Positions 10,433 through 22,972 are shown, counted from the first letter of the stretch. The stretch is 64,000 nucleotides of DNA from Neodothiora populina (GCF_041146345.1 NW_027191411.1:1-64000), one strand, 5' to 3'. Numbers and translations: made by a program. Notes: generated by a model from the sequence alone, not told the origin.

Positions 10433-11656
10433 ATGTCCACTCAGACCACTTCCATTACGAGCAAAATTTCTCTAGCCTCAAGCGCATATGATGTAGAAAA
10501 CTATCGCAGCCTTGTCCCTGTCGTGGCAGAAACCGACATTCTCTACTTGAATGCTTCTTACCAGCCACCCATGAACATCAGGGTACGCCGCGCCATTGAT
10601 GGTTATCTTGACGAAGCGCTCCATGAACCTCATCCAAAGCCCATGTGGCAAGCTTCTGGCGAGGAGACGCGTGCCTTGGTTGGCCGCTACATTGGCGCTC
10701 CCCCCGAGTCCATCGCCTTCACTAGTGATACAACAGAAGGACTGAATCTCTTCCAAAGGTCCCTGAATCTTGGCAAAGGCGATAACGTTGTCGTTCTTGA
10801 CACAGAGCATCCGAATCATGCTTACGGCTGGCTGGCATTACAAGAAACTGGTCTGGAGGTCCGCCAAGTACCCACAAACGATCGACTGTACGCTGATGCC
10901 TCGACCTTTGCCCCCTTTGTTGATGAGAATACAAAAGCCATCGGCATTTCGTCAATCATGTTCCATTCTGGCCAAAAGAACAACGTTAAGGATATCTGCG
11001 ACCACTTCAGACCACGTGGTATCCACGTTCTAGCGGACATAACCCAGGAAGTTGGTGTCGGACCCATCAACGTTACGAGGACTGGGGTATCAGCTGCCTG
11101 TTTCAGTTTTCATAAAGCTCTCGGGTGTCCCACCGGTCTCGGAGCATTATATATCAATCCTGTGGTTCTCGAACAAATAAAGCAGACTCCACCGATTGTA
11201 GGGGCGGGTGCAATCTCAAATCTTCGTGCAGATCTTCTCGCCATGTCGGGTCCGTTGAAATGCCACAAGACAACAAAGCGATACGAGCATCTGAATCTAT
11301 CCCTTATCTCTCTCTGCGCTGCAAATGCTGCTCTGAGACTTCTGCTTGATGAGATGACTCCGGAAGGCGTTGAAGCTCATTTACGCTCGCTGGGAAGAGT
11401 ACTACAGGATGAGTGCAAAGCTCTGGGTATCCAAATCATTGGTGAAGAGGACGAAGCGAAGCGTGCTCCTCATCTCTACGTATTGAAGCTTTTAGATCTG
11501 GCGTGGGCCGAACACTTCTCGAGGAACTCGACGTATGTCAGTTGCTACCGTCTTGGTGTAAGAGTTTCTCTTGGATTTTATAATACTGAAGCAGACATAC
11601 GGAAGCTCGGAGTTGTGCTTAGAAAGGGTCTTGAAATGGGCCTTCCGGCCTGTTAG
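10433..11656 (+). CDS. PLP-dependent class-V aminotransferase-fold enzyme (cysteine desulfurase / C-S lyase / CefD epimerase-like), intronless
   Basis: 407-aa ORF with YLNASYQPP, IAFTSDTTEGLN, GDNVVVLDTEHP, ADITQEVG, SFHK (PLP lysine) ALGCPTGLGALY and RVSLGFYNT. Confidence 0.85.
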   Translation: MSTQTTSITSKISLASSAYDVENYRSLVPVVAETDILYLNASYQPPMNIRVRRAIDGYLDEALHEPHPKPMWQASGEETRALVGRYIGAPPESIAFTSDTTEGLNLFQRSLNLGKGDNVVVLDTEHPNHAYGWLALQETGLEVRQVPTNDRLYADASTFAPFVDENTKAIGISSIMFHSGQKNNVKDICDHFRPRGIHVLADITQEVGVGPINVTRTGVSAACFSFHKALGCPTGLGALYINPVVLEQIKQTPPIVGAGAISNLRADLLAMSGPLKCHKTTKRYEHLNLSLISLCAANAALRLLLDEMTPEGVEAHLRSLGRVLQDECKALGIQIIGEEDEAKRAPHLYVLKLLDLAWAEHFSRNSTYVSCYRLGVRVSLGFYNTEADIRKLGVVLRKGLEMGLPAC

Positions 11657-12290
11657 AGTTGGCCAAGTGGTTGGAATTTGAAGACCACGCATAGAATAGT
11701 GTTTCGCAAAAGTAGGCATGGCTGTCCACCTTATATAATTAAAAGCCTTTGAAAAAGCGATTGCGGCAGTAAGCATCTTACTTCCTGGGTGTCTAGTGTT
11801 CAGTGTAATGAAGGCCGCGGACAAAGTGATGTCCCGTCGTACTCCTGCGGCAAGTAAGTCCAGTTTGATGGCAGATCGTCATTCTTGCCCCCTGACCACT
11901 CTCCTCCACTGCCCGGCGTTAGAGTGCCGAGTGACTATTAGTGGCATGGGGACAGTAGTAACAACCCAAATCTAAAGGTTGCGTGACTCGACTATGGGAA
12001 AGAACAGAACAGAACAAGTGAGCGGAACCAAGATTCACAACTAATGCAAACTATAGTCCATGATGGAAGTTGACTTATCGGCTGTCACGTGGCAGATCCG
12101 CTCGAGGTTACGGTTATAGAACTTGCCACCAGGAACGGCTAAGGCTGTAGCTTTTGTAGTGGCAATGGCAATGTGACTGAGGAAAAAGATAAAGAGATGG
12201 GAGAAAGGGCTGTAGCTAGCTAGATGAGCTTTTAAAAAGATTAAGAAAGAGATTATCAGAGCCGAGGGGCGACTGAATCCAAATGGCATC

Positions 12291-13930
12291 TTAAGCTACA
12301 TTGACGTCGTCCACTCTAGAGACGTGCCATTTCCGGGCAGGCATTCTGCCCTCAAATTTGTGATCGATCTGAGCAGCTGTTAAGCCTTTCATCTCCGGTA
12401 CGTAAAGCCATATGATAGCTGCAGCAATCAAACACAGTCCGGTATACAGAAAGCCCGTTTTGCCTCCTGCATTACCAGCATCTGGACTAAAGATGTATGG
12501 CAGAAATATAGAAGAGGCGCCAGTAATAAGTCCTTGAGCGATCCATCCAATTGCTAGCGTTTTCCCACGAGCTGGTAGCGACGAGATTTCGGATGCCAGT
12601 GCTATTGAAACTGGCCATACGCCTATTCCCACAGTCATTGAGATACCTAGGAAAGTTGCCACTGTTATCCAGAGTGTAGCCTCCACATGCCAGAAGCCTG
12701 ATATTCCGAGCAATAGGTAGAAGCCGGCAGCGATGATGAAAGTGCATATGGCCAGCGGCCTTCTGCCGCATCGAGACATGGTCCAGGTACTGACTATGTT
12801 TGAAACGAGTCCAACTGAAGTATTGACCAGAAGCATGTCAATGCTAAGCCTTGCGTTCATTCCCATCAGCTGGAGGATGTAGCTTCCGTTCGCAAGGAAT
12901 ATTGAGCCGGCAAAATGAGGTAGAGAATTGGCAAATACGACCATTATTGTGCGTTGAAGATTAGGACCGGTGAAGCATTTCTTGTATGATACATCTGCTT
13001 GGTCGCTTTTACGATCCTGATCAAGAGCAATTATCATCCTATCAATGACCTCATCCGAGTCGATACAAGCTCTTTCAAGGCGTCTTTGGGCCTTTCGAGC
13101 CGCGTCTATCCTTTTTTGTCGTAGAAGCCATATTGGAGATTCTGGAAGTGCGACAGCAGCAACCACTGCCGCAACACACAACGCCCATTGTGTAGCAATA
13201 CAAGTGAGATAGCCTTTCGAGCCAGTAACGCTGAGCTGACTTACAACGACCACTGCGGCGAGAAGCTGTCCGAATATTATGGAAACAGGAAATAATGCAG
13301 CGGCAAATCCTTTTAGTGATTGAGGCATAATTTCAGACACGTAGGTCTGAGTCGTACAAATGGTCTGTCCAATGCAAAGGCCTTCTAGGAGCTTGCCAAG
13401 CAGGAACACACTTCGTCTCGCTTGCATCGCGTCAGGGTAATGTGATCCGAAGCAGATCGCGATACCAATCGATCCGATACAAGAGCCGAGGACAAGCGAG
13501 GCCCGACGACCAAGACGATCATGACACCAGCCAGCGATTAGTGCTCCGAGCATTGCACCTATCGGTACCGCCGCAGTCCATACACTGAGCCATCTGGCCG
13601 GTATGATGACCCTTTCTCCATATAACTGCCCATAGCGTTGTCTGTTTGCACGTCAGGACATGTTCGCCAGTCTACGATCGTGCGATCGGAAGATATTTAC
13701 TGGAAGGATGGGATTGCGGTCAATGTAGACACAATGACTCCATCGAACCCAAACAGCGAAATAAGAGGGATCGATAGAAACAGATATCCTGCTTGTTTGG
13801 AGTGGCTCTTGAATGCTGCAACAAGTGGAAGCTCCTCCAGATTGCTTTGGCCACTGATAGAGACGTCCGAGTGAGCTCTGGCTTCCACGTGTGATATATT
13901 TAGCTTTGCTGAGTCTGTCGCAGTAAGCAT
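12291..13930 (-). CDS. MFS sugar porter, maltose/alpha-glucoside permease-like (2 exons)
   Basis: LFGFDGVIV, DRLGRR, TYVSEIMP, LPESPIWLLR, SYKKCF.GPNLQRT, SEISSLPARGKT and VPEMKG motifs. Confidence 0.87.
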
Positions 13931-15355
13931 AGCTCTGAAGTGCAAAGGGACTTCTGACTAGACCGTGAAGAAAAATGGCAGAAATGAATGGTGTTGAGGA
14001 CAAAGACGCGGACATGCTTCTACATTTACTTTCCTAGAACAATGCACATTGTGAATCCCCATTCAACAAATCATGGGGCGTTGTTGGCTGCAGCTAAAAC
14101 GCGGGGGTCTGGACCACAAATTACGGTTTAGCCATTAGCTTATACCTATCTGAGATTGTATCACCGTGGCGGAACTCACCAAAACCCCCGCACGTATGAG
14201 CCAGGGTATCGGCCAGGATCATGCGCTAAGTCCAGCTTGTCGGGACGAGAGAAGCGCTGCCGCAACGGTTTTTTGATGATCCGCTTTAGACCTGTAGCAG
14301 GCAAAGACGCCGTTTCTACAATCCCGAGGATCGAATGATTGATTACCAACGCCACAAGAGGAGCAGCGGATGTCGATGAAGTGGGATGGCAATGACGCAA
14401 CACACTTCGTCCGATCAAAGCTTAAGGTAAGTAAGGTAGACATTTGTGCACCTTACAGGTACAGTAAGAACTTTCATGCTTACAGAGACTACGAACAATT
14501 GCGTCTCGTAGGCATAAGTGCAAGTATCGTGATTTATCATCAACCAACCTAGCATCATCTTACACATAGTGAACATAAATCTCACTTCCATCCTAGTTCG
14601 TGAGTAGCAGGCATTGCTCGCGCAGCAAATCATACGCTACCTCTTCTAGACGATCTCGGACCGATAGGCCCAGCAAGTGCGGGTCTCGCGTGTACGTTTC
14701 CGCTACGTCTATCTTCTGTGAACAGTTGAATAAAAGGCAGTTGACGCATTTTTCCGTTGTTAGAAGTTAATTGTGATGCTTGATGTATTATTCCAAAGCG
14801 CGACTCGTCTTCTTATAGAAAAAGTGATATACCTGATCGAAGAGCATTCTTCAGGGGTAAGTTCATGACTTTTGTTCTGTGGTAGTTGATAAATGTATAG
14901 GCAAATGAATACTGTATGTGTGACTAAATCAAGAATAGCCAAGTTCAATACCACTTCAGACGCCACTACTGTAAACATATGACAATACTTAAGGAATCTC
15001 AATATCGATAGCTAATTAGTGACGCCTGACCAAGCGATAGGCAGCGGAGGAATCTCCGGAACATTGTATGATCAATCTCGATCCTTAATAGCAACAATTG
15101 GGATCCTATTTAAGCAGGCTTAGGTAACATAGTACGAATGTCTTGAGGATTAGACCTATTATATGTACTAGTCTTCGCTGTAAGCACATTAGGAACGGCA
15201 AGGAACGTCTTTCAGCAGCCAGGACTAATCCTCGTCCAGAGAGCACATAGTTACAATAGTCCTTAGTTGATATCGAGCCTTATCGAAAAGACCGAATTTT
15301 TACATATTGTTTTTTTACCGAATTCGTGAATAACTAATCCACTTTTCTTATTGTG

Positions 15356-16926
15356 CTATACTTGTTGATACACAGACTCTGCCTTGCGAAGTGGTGCTGC
15401 AATTGCACCTGTATCGAAGATGTCAGTCATTTCTTCAAGAGTATAACCCTTAGTCTCGGGATAGAACAGATATGCCGTGACCCCAAAGATACATAGTACA
15501 ACAATGAAAACAATGTAGTACTTCCAGCCAATGTTGTCGAGGGCGATCGGGTTAATAAAAGTATTGAAGAAAATGGCACTGATAGTGGAGACCCAAGTGA
15601 CTGTGAGACCGCGAGATCTCAGGCTGTACTGCCAGATCTCGCACGGGTATGCAGTCAGGAAAGGTGTTCTGAATATGTTAGTCGGGATCAAAACATCTGA
15701 AGTGTGTAAACTTACAGAGCAATATCGTAACCAGCAAAGAAAAGGAAGAGAAAAGGGATAACAGCGAGACCTGTTGCAGACTGTCCAGACTCTGCAAAGG
15801 CGCCGGAAAGTCCAGTAACTAGACCAAAGCTTATGGTCATGATCGTAGCAGAAACCAAAAACATCGGCCTGCGACCAATGCGATCGACGCAGAATGCGGC
15901 TATGATCGACCAGATGAGATTCCAGACCTGAAGGCATGCGGATATCATCGTCTGATCACTCGAGCTGGTGACACCGACGGTCGTCAATACAAGGGCCAAG
16001 TAGTATGACACGACACCATTGCCGGTCCATTGAGCAAAGATCCCAAGACTTATCGAGATGAACAGACGCTTGCGATTTCCGGGAGTCTTGATCATGTCCA
16101 TGTATCCCGCGCTGGCATATGCTTTTTGTTCTCTCTGGATGGCATTGGTGATTTCGGTCATTTCGGCACGGATCAATTGTGAGTTAGTATCACCGCCAGC
16201 ATGGAATCTGACCAGAATTTCTCGCGCTTCTTCAGTACGTCCGACAGATATCAGCCACCGCGGACTTTGTGGTGCCATCAAGAAGCCGGGTAGAGCCATA
16301 AAGGGTACCAGGGCTTGAAGTAGTGATGGTATGCGCCATGCCCAGGAGCTTGCCATGTCACGAGTACCAAAGGTGATCCAGGCGGCCAAAGACCCTCCAA
16401 CATACCATCCACACATGAATAATGCATTAGCAATGCTTCTTTGTGTTGGATATGCGATCTCGTTGATAAGTAGCGGAACGCAATTCCCAAACCAAGCTGC
16501 CGCGATGCCGACGAAGAAACGAGCTAGCAGAAAAGCAGTAACGTTCGGTGCGGCAGTCTGCAATGCTGCTGCAAGGATGAGGAAGAGGTAGCCCGCATAG
16601 ACACCAGCTTTACGCCCCCACTTGTTTGCAACGTAGGCTGCAATAGGGTATGTGATACCACAACCTAACCAATAGATTGCATTGATGAAGCCTAGCCATG
16701 CGCCTTTTGGCTCCTCAAAATAGCCGGTCCATTGATGCAAGGCTTGGAGGCCGTTCATGAGTGATCCGTCGTAGCCATTGGCCGAGGAGAACAAGACGAG
16801 GGAAACGATTATGAAGTTCAATTTCAAAAGATGGCTGCTCTTGTACCAGGTAGGTGCAGAAGAAGTGAGCTCCAAGTCCTTCACTGTAACAATCCCAATA
16901 GCTGAATCCGATTTCTCGTCAGTCAT
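15356..16926 (-). CDS. MFS sugar porter, lactose permease/cellodextrin transporter-like (2 exons)
   Basis: NGYDGSLMNGLQ, KWGRK, LINEIAYPTQR, WAWRIPSLLQ, PQSPRWL, FAQWTGNGVVSYYL and YPETKGYTLEE. Confidence 0.9.
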
Positions 16927-18074
16927 AATAGGTTAGCGATGGTCACGAACACAGACGAGTCGGATTCTAGACCTTGATGCATCTTTTCGTCAGAGGCGAA
17001 GATACTATTCTCAATATTTATAGTTCTGGAAACTATAGAAGGTGGTGCTACTGTGATGCACCTCGTAGTGCTTCATTGCGGAGTTTTACCGCATCAAGCC
17101 AGCTAGACTTGAGGAAGTTATTAACTATGACAAAGCGCAAAGAGCGGTGTATTATTACAGAAATTATAGTATAGTCCGACTGTGCTACGATTAAATGGCC
17201 TGTGGCATACATCGAAACCTGAAGGCCATGATGTTCTGGCCACATCCAGAACCACAGCAAGAACGAAATGGGATGTCCCATTAATATATGGTCTTCAGCT
17301 CGTGCCATGATCTTGCAATATCGATAGTCAGATGAGGAGCTGACCAACTCCATCTGATAAGTCCCCATGTCCCACGAACTAAAGGTGGTACTTGGCGAAA
17401 ATTACATAAGTCAGCATGATGGTAATGGACTGTTCGTGGGTACAGCCTTCCGTGCTGACGAGGTGGCAAATGCTTCCGGTGATAGGAAGAGAGGGGATGT
17501 AATTTTCATGTTCTGGTATCGCATCTGCTTCCTTTACAGCTGTTGCATTCTCTAGCAACTTTCTAGCTTTACAAAACTGCCGGCTATAGCATCGTTGATC
17601 CAGCATGTGATAATTGTCTCATTGTCATAGAGTCTAGGCTTGTGTGCATCGCTGATTGTAGCGTTCGCGTCAATGCGCTCGGAAAACGCTCTAGGCTCTA
17701 TTTGCACAAGCGTCGTGCACCAAAGAAAAATCTTGTACACTCGAAGCGATCCTCGGCGCTGTTTAGGTGATCATACGCGATTGGCCGCTAGTACACAATT
17801 CTTATAGAGACACCTCTATCGCATGCTTCCAATATGGCTTCGGCTTTGCTTTATGATAGCTCGTGATTCCACGTGTGATTTGCGGGACTCGAACCCGGAT
17901 GACCGTAACGCGTTGTAGAGAGCGCCCGAGAATGCCGTTGGTGCCGGTCTCGAGATTTCTTGCGTTGTTGATCCATTCCTTGCCTTTTGGCGCTTTACTA
18001 GAGAAGCGAGATCTGTGTAACATTTCAATCAGCACTCAGGATATACACGCTCACTTACAACAACGCTCCAGAAT

Positions 18075-18532
18075 GTGTGCAAAAATACGAAAAGCTTCAC
18101 AGTAGCTGAGATTTAATTCACATTGATTCCATCGTCTGGTCGTATGATTTTCGGCAGCTTGTCGGGCTGCCAATATTTCTCTTGGAATCCTGCCTTGGCC
18201 CAGCATTCTCTGGAGACTTCTTCAAAACGTCTCGAGCGAGGTTCTCACAATTCACGTCTTGTCATGCACGTTTGTGTGACTATTTCAGTCTTTGTCTGAA
18301 TATCCATACATTCACCGGAATGTTCATTCCGTAGTTGACTTTGACGTTCGCAGTTTGCTGAAGTTCTCAAATACGAGACTATAACTGTCGGCTGTGTTTC
18401 TTCACTTAATTAGATCTTGGCCAAGCTGGAAAACACTTGGGTCCGAACCAAATCAGTGGATCAATGACTTAGCTGTGCGATCAATGTGAATTGAACCTCA
18501 GCTACTGGGAAGCTTTTCGTATTTTACCACAC
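18075..18532. repeat. Imperfect ~53-bp inverted repeat pair about 350 bp apart
   Basis: The reverse complement of 18075-18127 (atcaatgtgaattaaatctcagctactgtgaagcttttcgtatttttgcacac) matches 18480-18532 (atcaatgtgaattgaacctcagctactgggaagcttttcgtattttaccacac) with 5 mismatches. Confidence 0.85.
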
Positions 18533-18827
18533 CTGCATTCCGGCTTAGCTGTACACTAGTAGAGCAATTTCTGATCCTTCAGATAAAGTGGACCTCAATA
18601 GCATTCTCCAAGGTGACAAGGGTCAGATCTTCGTTGCGATATTCCTCTTCGAGGGTAAGCGGCTCTTGGAGACGGGGCTTCATGCTGGAAGAAGTAATTC
18701 AGGAATATCCAAGGCCCTTGGCTTCTTGGGTCTATCTACCATCGCATGATCGGCGACAAAAAAAACATTTCGACTATAAATGCTGCGATTATCCGATGAT
18801 CTGATGTGATTAGATTGTCTAGAAGAA

Positions 18828-20454
18828 ATGTCTCCACAGATCCTTAACATCGCGGAACCGCGACAACTATCGCAAGATTGGCATGAGAAGTCTTGTGAAG
18901 ATAAGGCCACTAAAGAGGCTCTTGTCGAACTCGAAACCCCAGTTCCTGAAGAAGACCCAGACAGCGATGAGGAGGTTCCCTGGAAACTCAAATGGATTGC
19001 TCTTCTCTGCATAGTTTCGTTTCCGATTGGGCAAACATGGACGCAATCCAGCATCGGACCCCTTAAAAACACGCTGCGCAACGAGCTTGGAGTGAGTAAT
19101 GCCCAATTCGGAGTTATTAGCAGTGCCGATGCGATCATCAACTCCATCTGGCCTATCATCGGTGGACTGCTTCTCGATTGGTTTGGACCGAACATTATTG
19201 TACTACTCTGCACGAGTATCATCTTCATTGGATCTCTGCTCGCCGCCGTTGCTATTCATCTGGACACTTGGCGTGTCCTGACGGGCGGGCATATCCTGAT
19301 GGGATTCGGGATCGCAGTTCTAGACTCGGCGCAACAAAAGTTCTTCTATCACTGGTTCGGAGTTCGTGGGCTCGCATTTGCCTTCGGTCTGGAGAATGCA
19401 GTCGCAAAGACAATCAGCTTGACTGCAGGAATGACGGCGATCCCGATCCGCAACTCTACTGGATGGTACGGTTGGAGCTTCTGGATCCCGGCAATGTTCT
19501 GCGGAGCTTCTACGATCATAGCCATATTGTACCTTCTTTTCGACCGCTTTCTCGTGCCCAAAAAGTTCAAATTGAAGTCGGGACGAGAGATGGCTGCGGA
19601 AAATACAGGCGATATGGCGCATCAGCAAAAGACATTTTCGCCAAAAACGATTCTGCAACTTCCTTGGCAATTCTGGATGCTCCCTATGACTCAGCTCCTG
19701 CAATCCGGTGCGGCCGGGGGATTCGGTGTTAGTTCTGCTGATATTATTAGGATGAAGGGATTCACCGAGGCGGTTGCCGGATATCTGTCCACCGCACAGG
19801 ATATTCTTCCAATTGTGTTGAGTCCCTTGCTTGGAGTTGTCATCGACATCTACGGCCACCGGTTCCACTACGTTGCTCTAGCCCCTATATTCTGGATCGT
19901 TGCTTGTTCGCTGCTAGGCTACACATCTGTGCATCCTCTTGCAGCCTTGGTCTTCTCAAGTCTAGCTGGCGTGATAAATGCCATGCCGCTTCAGATCTGT
20001 ATACCTCTACTTGTCTTGGATCAAACCAAGCTTGGAACGGCGTTCGGTATCTGGCGTAGCTTCAATAACTCGGGATCTACCATCATGGATATATCGTTTG
20101 GTGTGCTGCAAGATAGTAAGTCAATCGTTTCGTGTAACAACAATAACTACATTGCTGACAAGCAAAGGCACACCCGACCAAGGTTACTACAGGGTCTTGC
20201 TGCTGGCCATCGGTCTCAAGGCTTGGGCTTTTGTTCTGGGCGTGACATATATCCTCGTTGATTACACTGTCCTGGGAAAGGGCATGACTATGACAAGGAA
20301 AGCACGAGAGAAGCGCGAGGCGGAAATTGAAGACCCGACTCAGGACCCGTTGACCAGGAGAGTCGTAAGCCCCAAAGTTACCTATGCTGGGCTGTGTCTC
20401 TTGGCGGCCATGGCCATCACAGCTTGGACACTGTTCATCAAGTATTTGTTGTGA
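18828..20454 (+). CDS. MFS transporter, MFSD1-like (2 exons)
   Basis: Multi-TM ORF with LKNTLRNELGVSNAQFGVISSADAIINSIWPIIGGLLLDWFG and IDIYGHR. An intron GTAAGT (~20116) leads to the last exon ending KYLL*. Confidence 0.8.
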
Positions 20455-20818
20455 AGACTGCAGAAAAAGTGAACTCACTGACATACCACAATATATATGA
20501 GGACAGGCCTGGGAGGGGTTGAGGTCAGGTGCTGTATGCCGTGCTGGTCTGCTGAAGAGAAGAAGACAGACGACATGACTATTCTGCGCTTTGCATAGAT
20601 CTGGAGATCTCGATTGAGTAGAGACGATGGGGATTTATAGAGGATGTTTCATGAGGCATGCTCAACAGATAGATGGTGCAGGAACTTTAAGAGTGTATGT
20701 AAGCCACATGTTACCGCGACCGATCAGATCGAGCTGTTTCATAACAGCAACCGCGCTCTTTTTCAAACAGTCGAAAAATTTATAAAGGGGCATTTGATCT
20801 AGGTTACAGAAATAGGAA

Positions 20819-22326
20819 CTACCACTTTGTCCTCCGATTCCATCCTTTCGTTTTGATCCTTGCCCACAATAGACACAGGAACGAGGCTACATAGCTGAGT
20901 CCGGTGAACAATGCGACCCCCCAGTATCTTCTTCTGCCAATGGCATCTACTGCATCGAGAATGCTTCCGGCTACGGAGATACTTACCAACACGCCGAAAG
21001 CTACCACTGTGTAACAGCTCGCATAATAACGTCCATAATCCTGAGTTTGGCAGAGTTGACCAAGGCAGATAGGCGTCAAGCTGACGTTCGAACCGCTGAC
21101 GAATCCGAACAGTATCACAAAGATGATCAGAAGTGCATTGTTACCCATGTTGGGTGATAATATATCTGGCAACCAGAAACAGAAGACTGATAGCATACAA
21201 AGGAACAGAGAGATGATCATGGTGTTGTAGCGGCCGAAACGATCCGCCAGGTGACCAGCGACGAAGCGGCCGAGACACGAAGCAGCGTTGAGGATGGCAA
21301 GAAGTTGATATGCGAAGGCGGCGGAGCCTGCGAACGTCTGGTCCTTGGACAGACCTTGTCGGTCCATGTAGTAGCTCGGTACGTAGGTGACGGGTATGAA
21401 GTAGGCAAGATCCACAAAAAGCACACCAGCGGTCGTAGCCGCCATGGCTCCCGTTCCATCCATGAATACCCCAGGATCTGGCAATGTATCTCGCCAAGTG
21501 GTCTTGGCGCCTTTGCGTGGTGGGATCCTACTTCGGCAGAAAGCCACGCTGATGGCACACAGAACAAGGAGCACGAAGCCGAGGATACGGATCGACCAAG
21601 CCCAACCGACCTGGGGCAGGAGTGATTGGATCATGAGAGGGAATAGGATCCCGCCGAAACCGCCTCCTATCCATGCTACGCCGCTGGCGAGACCTCGTCG
21701 CTCCATGAACCAGTGGGCGACGCAGGCCATTGATGGAGTGACAAGAAGAGACGAGCCGAGACCTGTCAGTATGGAGAATGACAAGATGATCTGATAATAT
21801 TCTGAAACACCATCAGCAAACGATAGGTGATGAATTGTACTAAATGAAGATCAAACCTACCCTTGCAGATGCTGAGAGTGAAGATTCCCACGAGAGTGCA
21901 TACAGTGCCCGCAATCAACAAGGCTCGCGGGCCCATGGCATCAAAGGTGGGACCGATCTGCACTCCACAGATCCAGGTGACAAAGGCATAGACGGAGAAT
22001 ATCCATCCTAGAGAAGTCGGCGATTCATCTGGCAAGACGATCTGTGACATGACGACTTCGAAGACTCCAGAAGAGTTGTAGATACCTATGGAAGCGGTCA
22101 GGCCACACCATGCGCCCAGTACCACTAGCCAGGCATCACGACCACCCTCGGGATATGTGATGTCAGTGTTGAGTGGGCAGGACTCGACGTCTGTATGGAT
22201 AGGTGGCGAAGGGGCGGAAGGAGAAGCCGTCTTTTCGTCGTCAATGGTGCTTTTCTTGTCTTCTGGAGTGTAAGTGAGGTCTGACGATGAAGGATGGCGT
22301 TCGAAGCTTGGTCCCATGACAGCCAT
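20819..22326 (-). CDS. MFS monocarboxylate-porter family transporter (Mch5-like), 2 exons
   Basis: YPEGGRDAWLVVLGAW, GPTFDAMGPR, HWFMERRGLASG, GWAWSIRILGF and LADRFGRYN. Confidence 0.9.
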
Positions 22327-22479
22327 TATGTGGATATACGCACAGTATAGAAGTGCAGGTTGAACGATCAGATGTGGGCAACTTACAGAAGATGGCCAGG
22401 GATACTACTGTCTTATAGGACCATCCAGCTACACCTGAATACATGTATCAATAATCACAGAGGCATCACTTTACTTTTG

Positions 22480-22580
22480 TGTACTCGAAGTGACCATTCA
22501 ACACTCGGTGTAGCGTTGTTGTACCAGAACTGACCAATCAGTGACGGGCATCAGACACTGTACTCAAACTGACCAATCAG
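22480..22580. promoter_or_regulatory. Three copies of a 22-bp motif at 39-40 bp spacing, two containing CCAAT
   Basis: tgtactcgaagtgaccattcaa (22480), tgtaccagaactgaccaatcag (22520), tgtactcaaactgaccaatcag (22559). Confidence 0.7.
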
Positions 22581-22972
22581 CAACAGGGCTCGGTAGACAT
22601 TTTGTTCTGTCCATCTACGCGGTCGTTACAGTAGAGATCGGGAACACGATCAGATCGAGATCGATCAGGTAGTGTGATGGCAAGGACCGAGACTCTCGTG
22701 TGATGCGACCTGGCCATACAGTAGCATGCATGGCAAGAGATGTAATGGTGGAGTCGAGAAGAAAGGGAGAGCGCCTGCCAAGACACGACCCGGCGGCGTC
22801 ACTTCCAAATGCGACACATGAATTGTCTTCCATCTTTCCTTCTTGATTTACTTCTCTCTATACATTCTGTCAAGCGTCGCTCACTGCCGTCGTGAACTCA
22901 TCCAGATACACCAGTCATGTAATTCATCTGCCCGTGGATTCAATACGCAATGAACAACAGCCTCCAGTCGCC

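Noticed and set aside
12041..12289. 82-aa ORF with a hydrophobic start
   Set aside because: It starts directly after the sugar-porter stop and has no recognisable motif; probably 3' UTR
12291..16926. Including the two sugar porters in the asparaginase cluster (fructose-asparagine-type pathway)
   Set aside because: No shared CGG-N10-CCG motif was found upstream of the nearer porter, and no kinase, deglycase or amadoriase gene is present; adjacency alone is insufficient
17000..18070. Scattered minus-strand ORF fragments suggesting a decayed gene
   Set aside because: No family could be recognised by eye; needs tBLASTx
22480..22580. CRISPR-like repeat-spacer array
   Set aside because: Eukaryotic DNA, only three degenerate copies, 17-18 nt spacers and no cas genes
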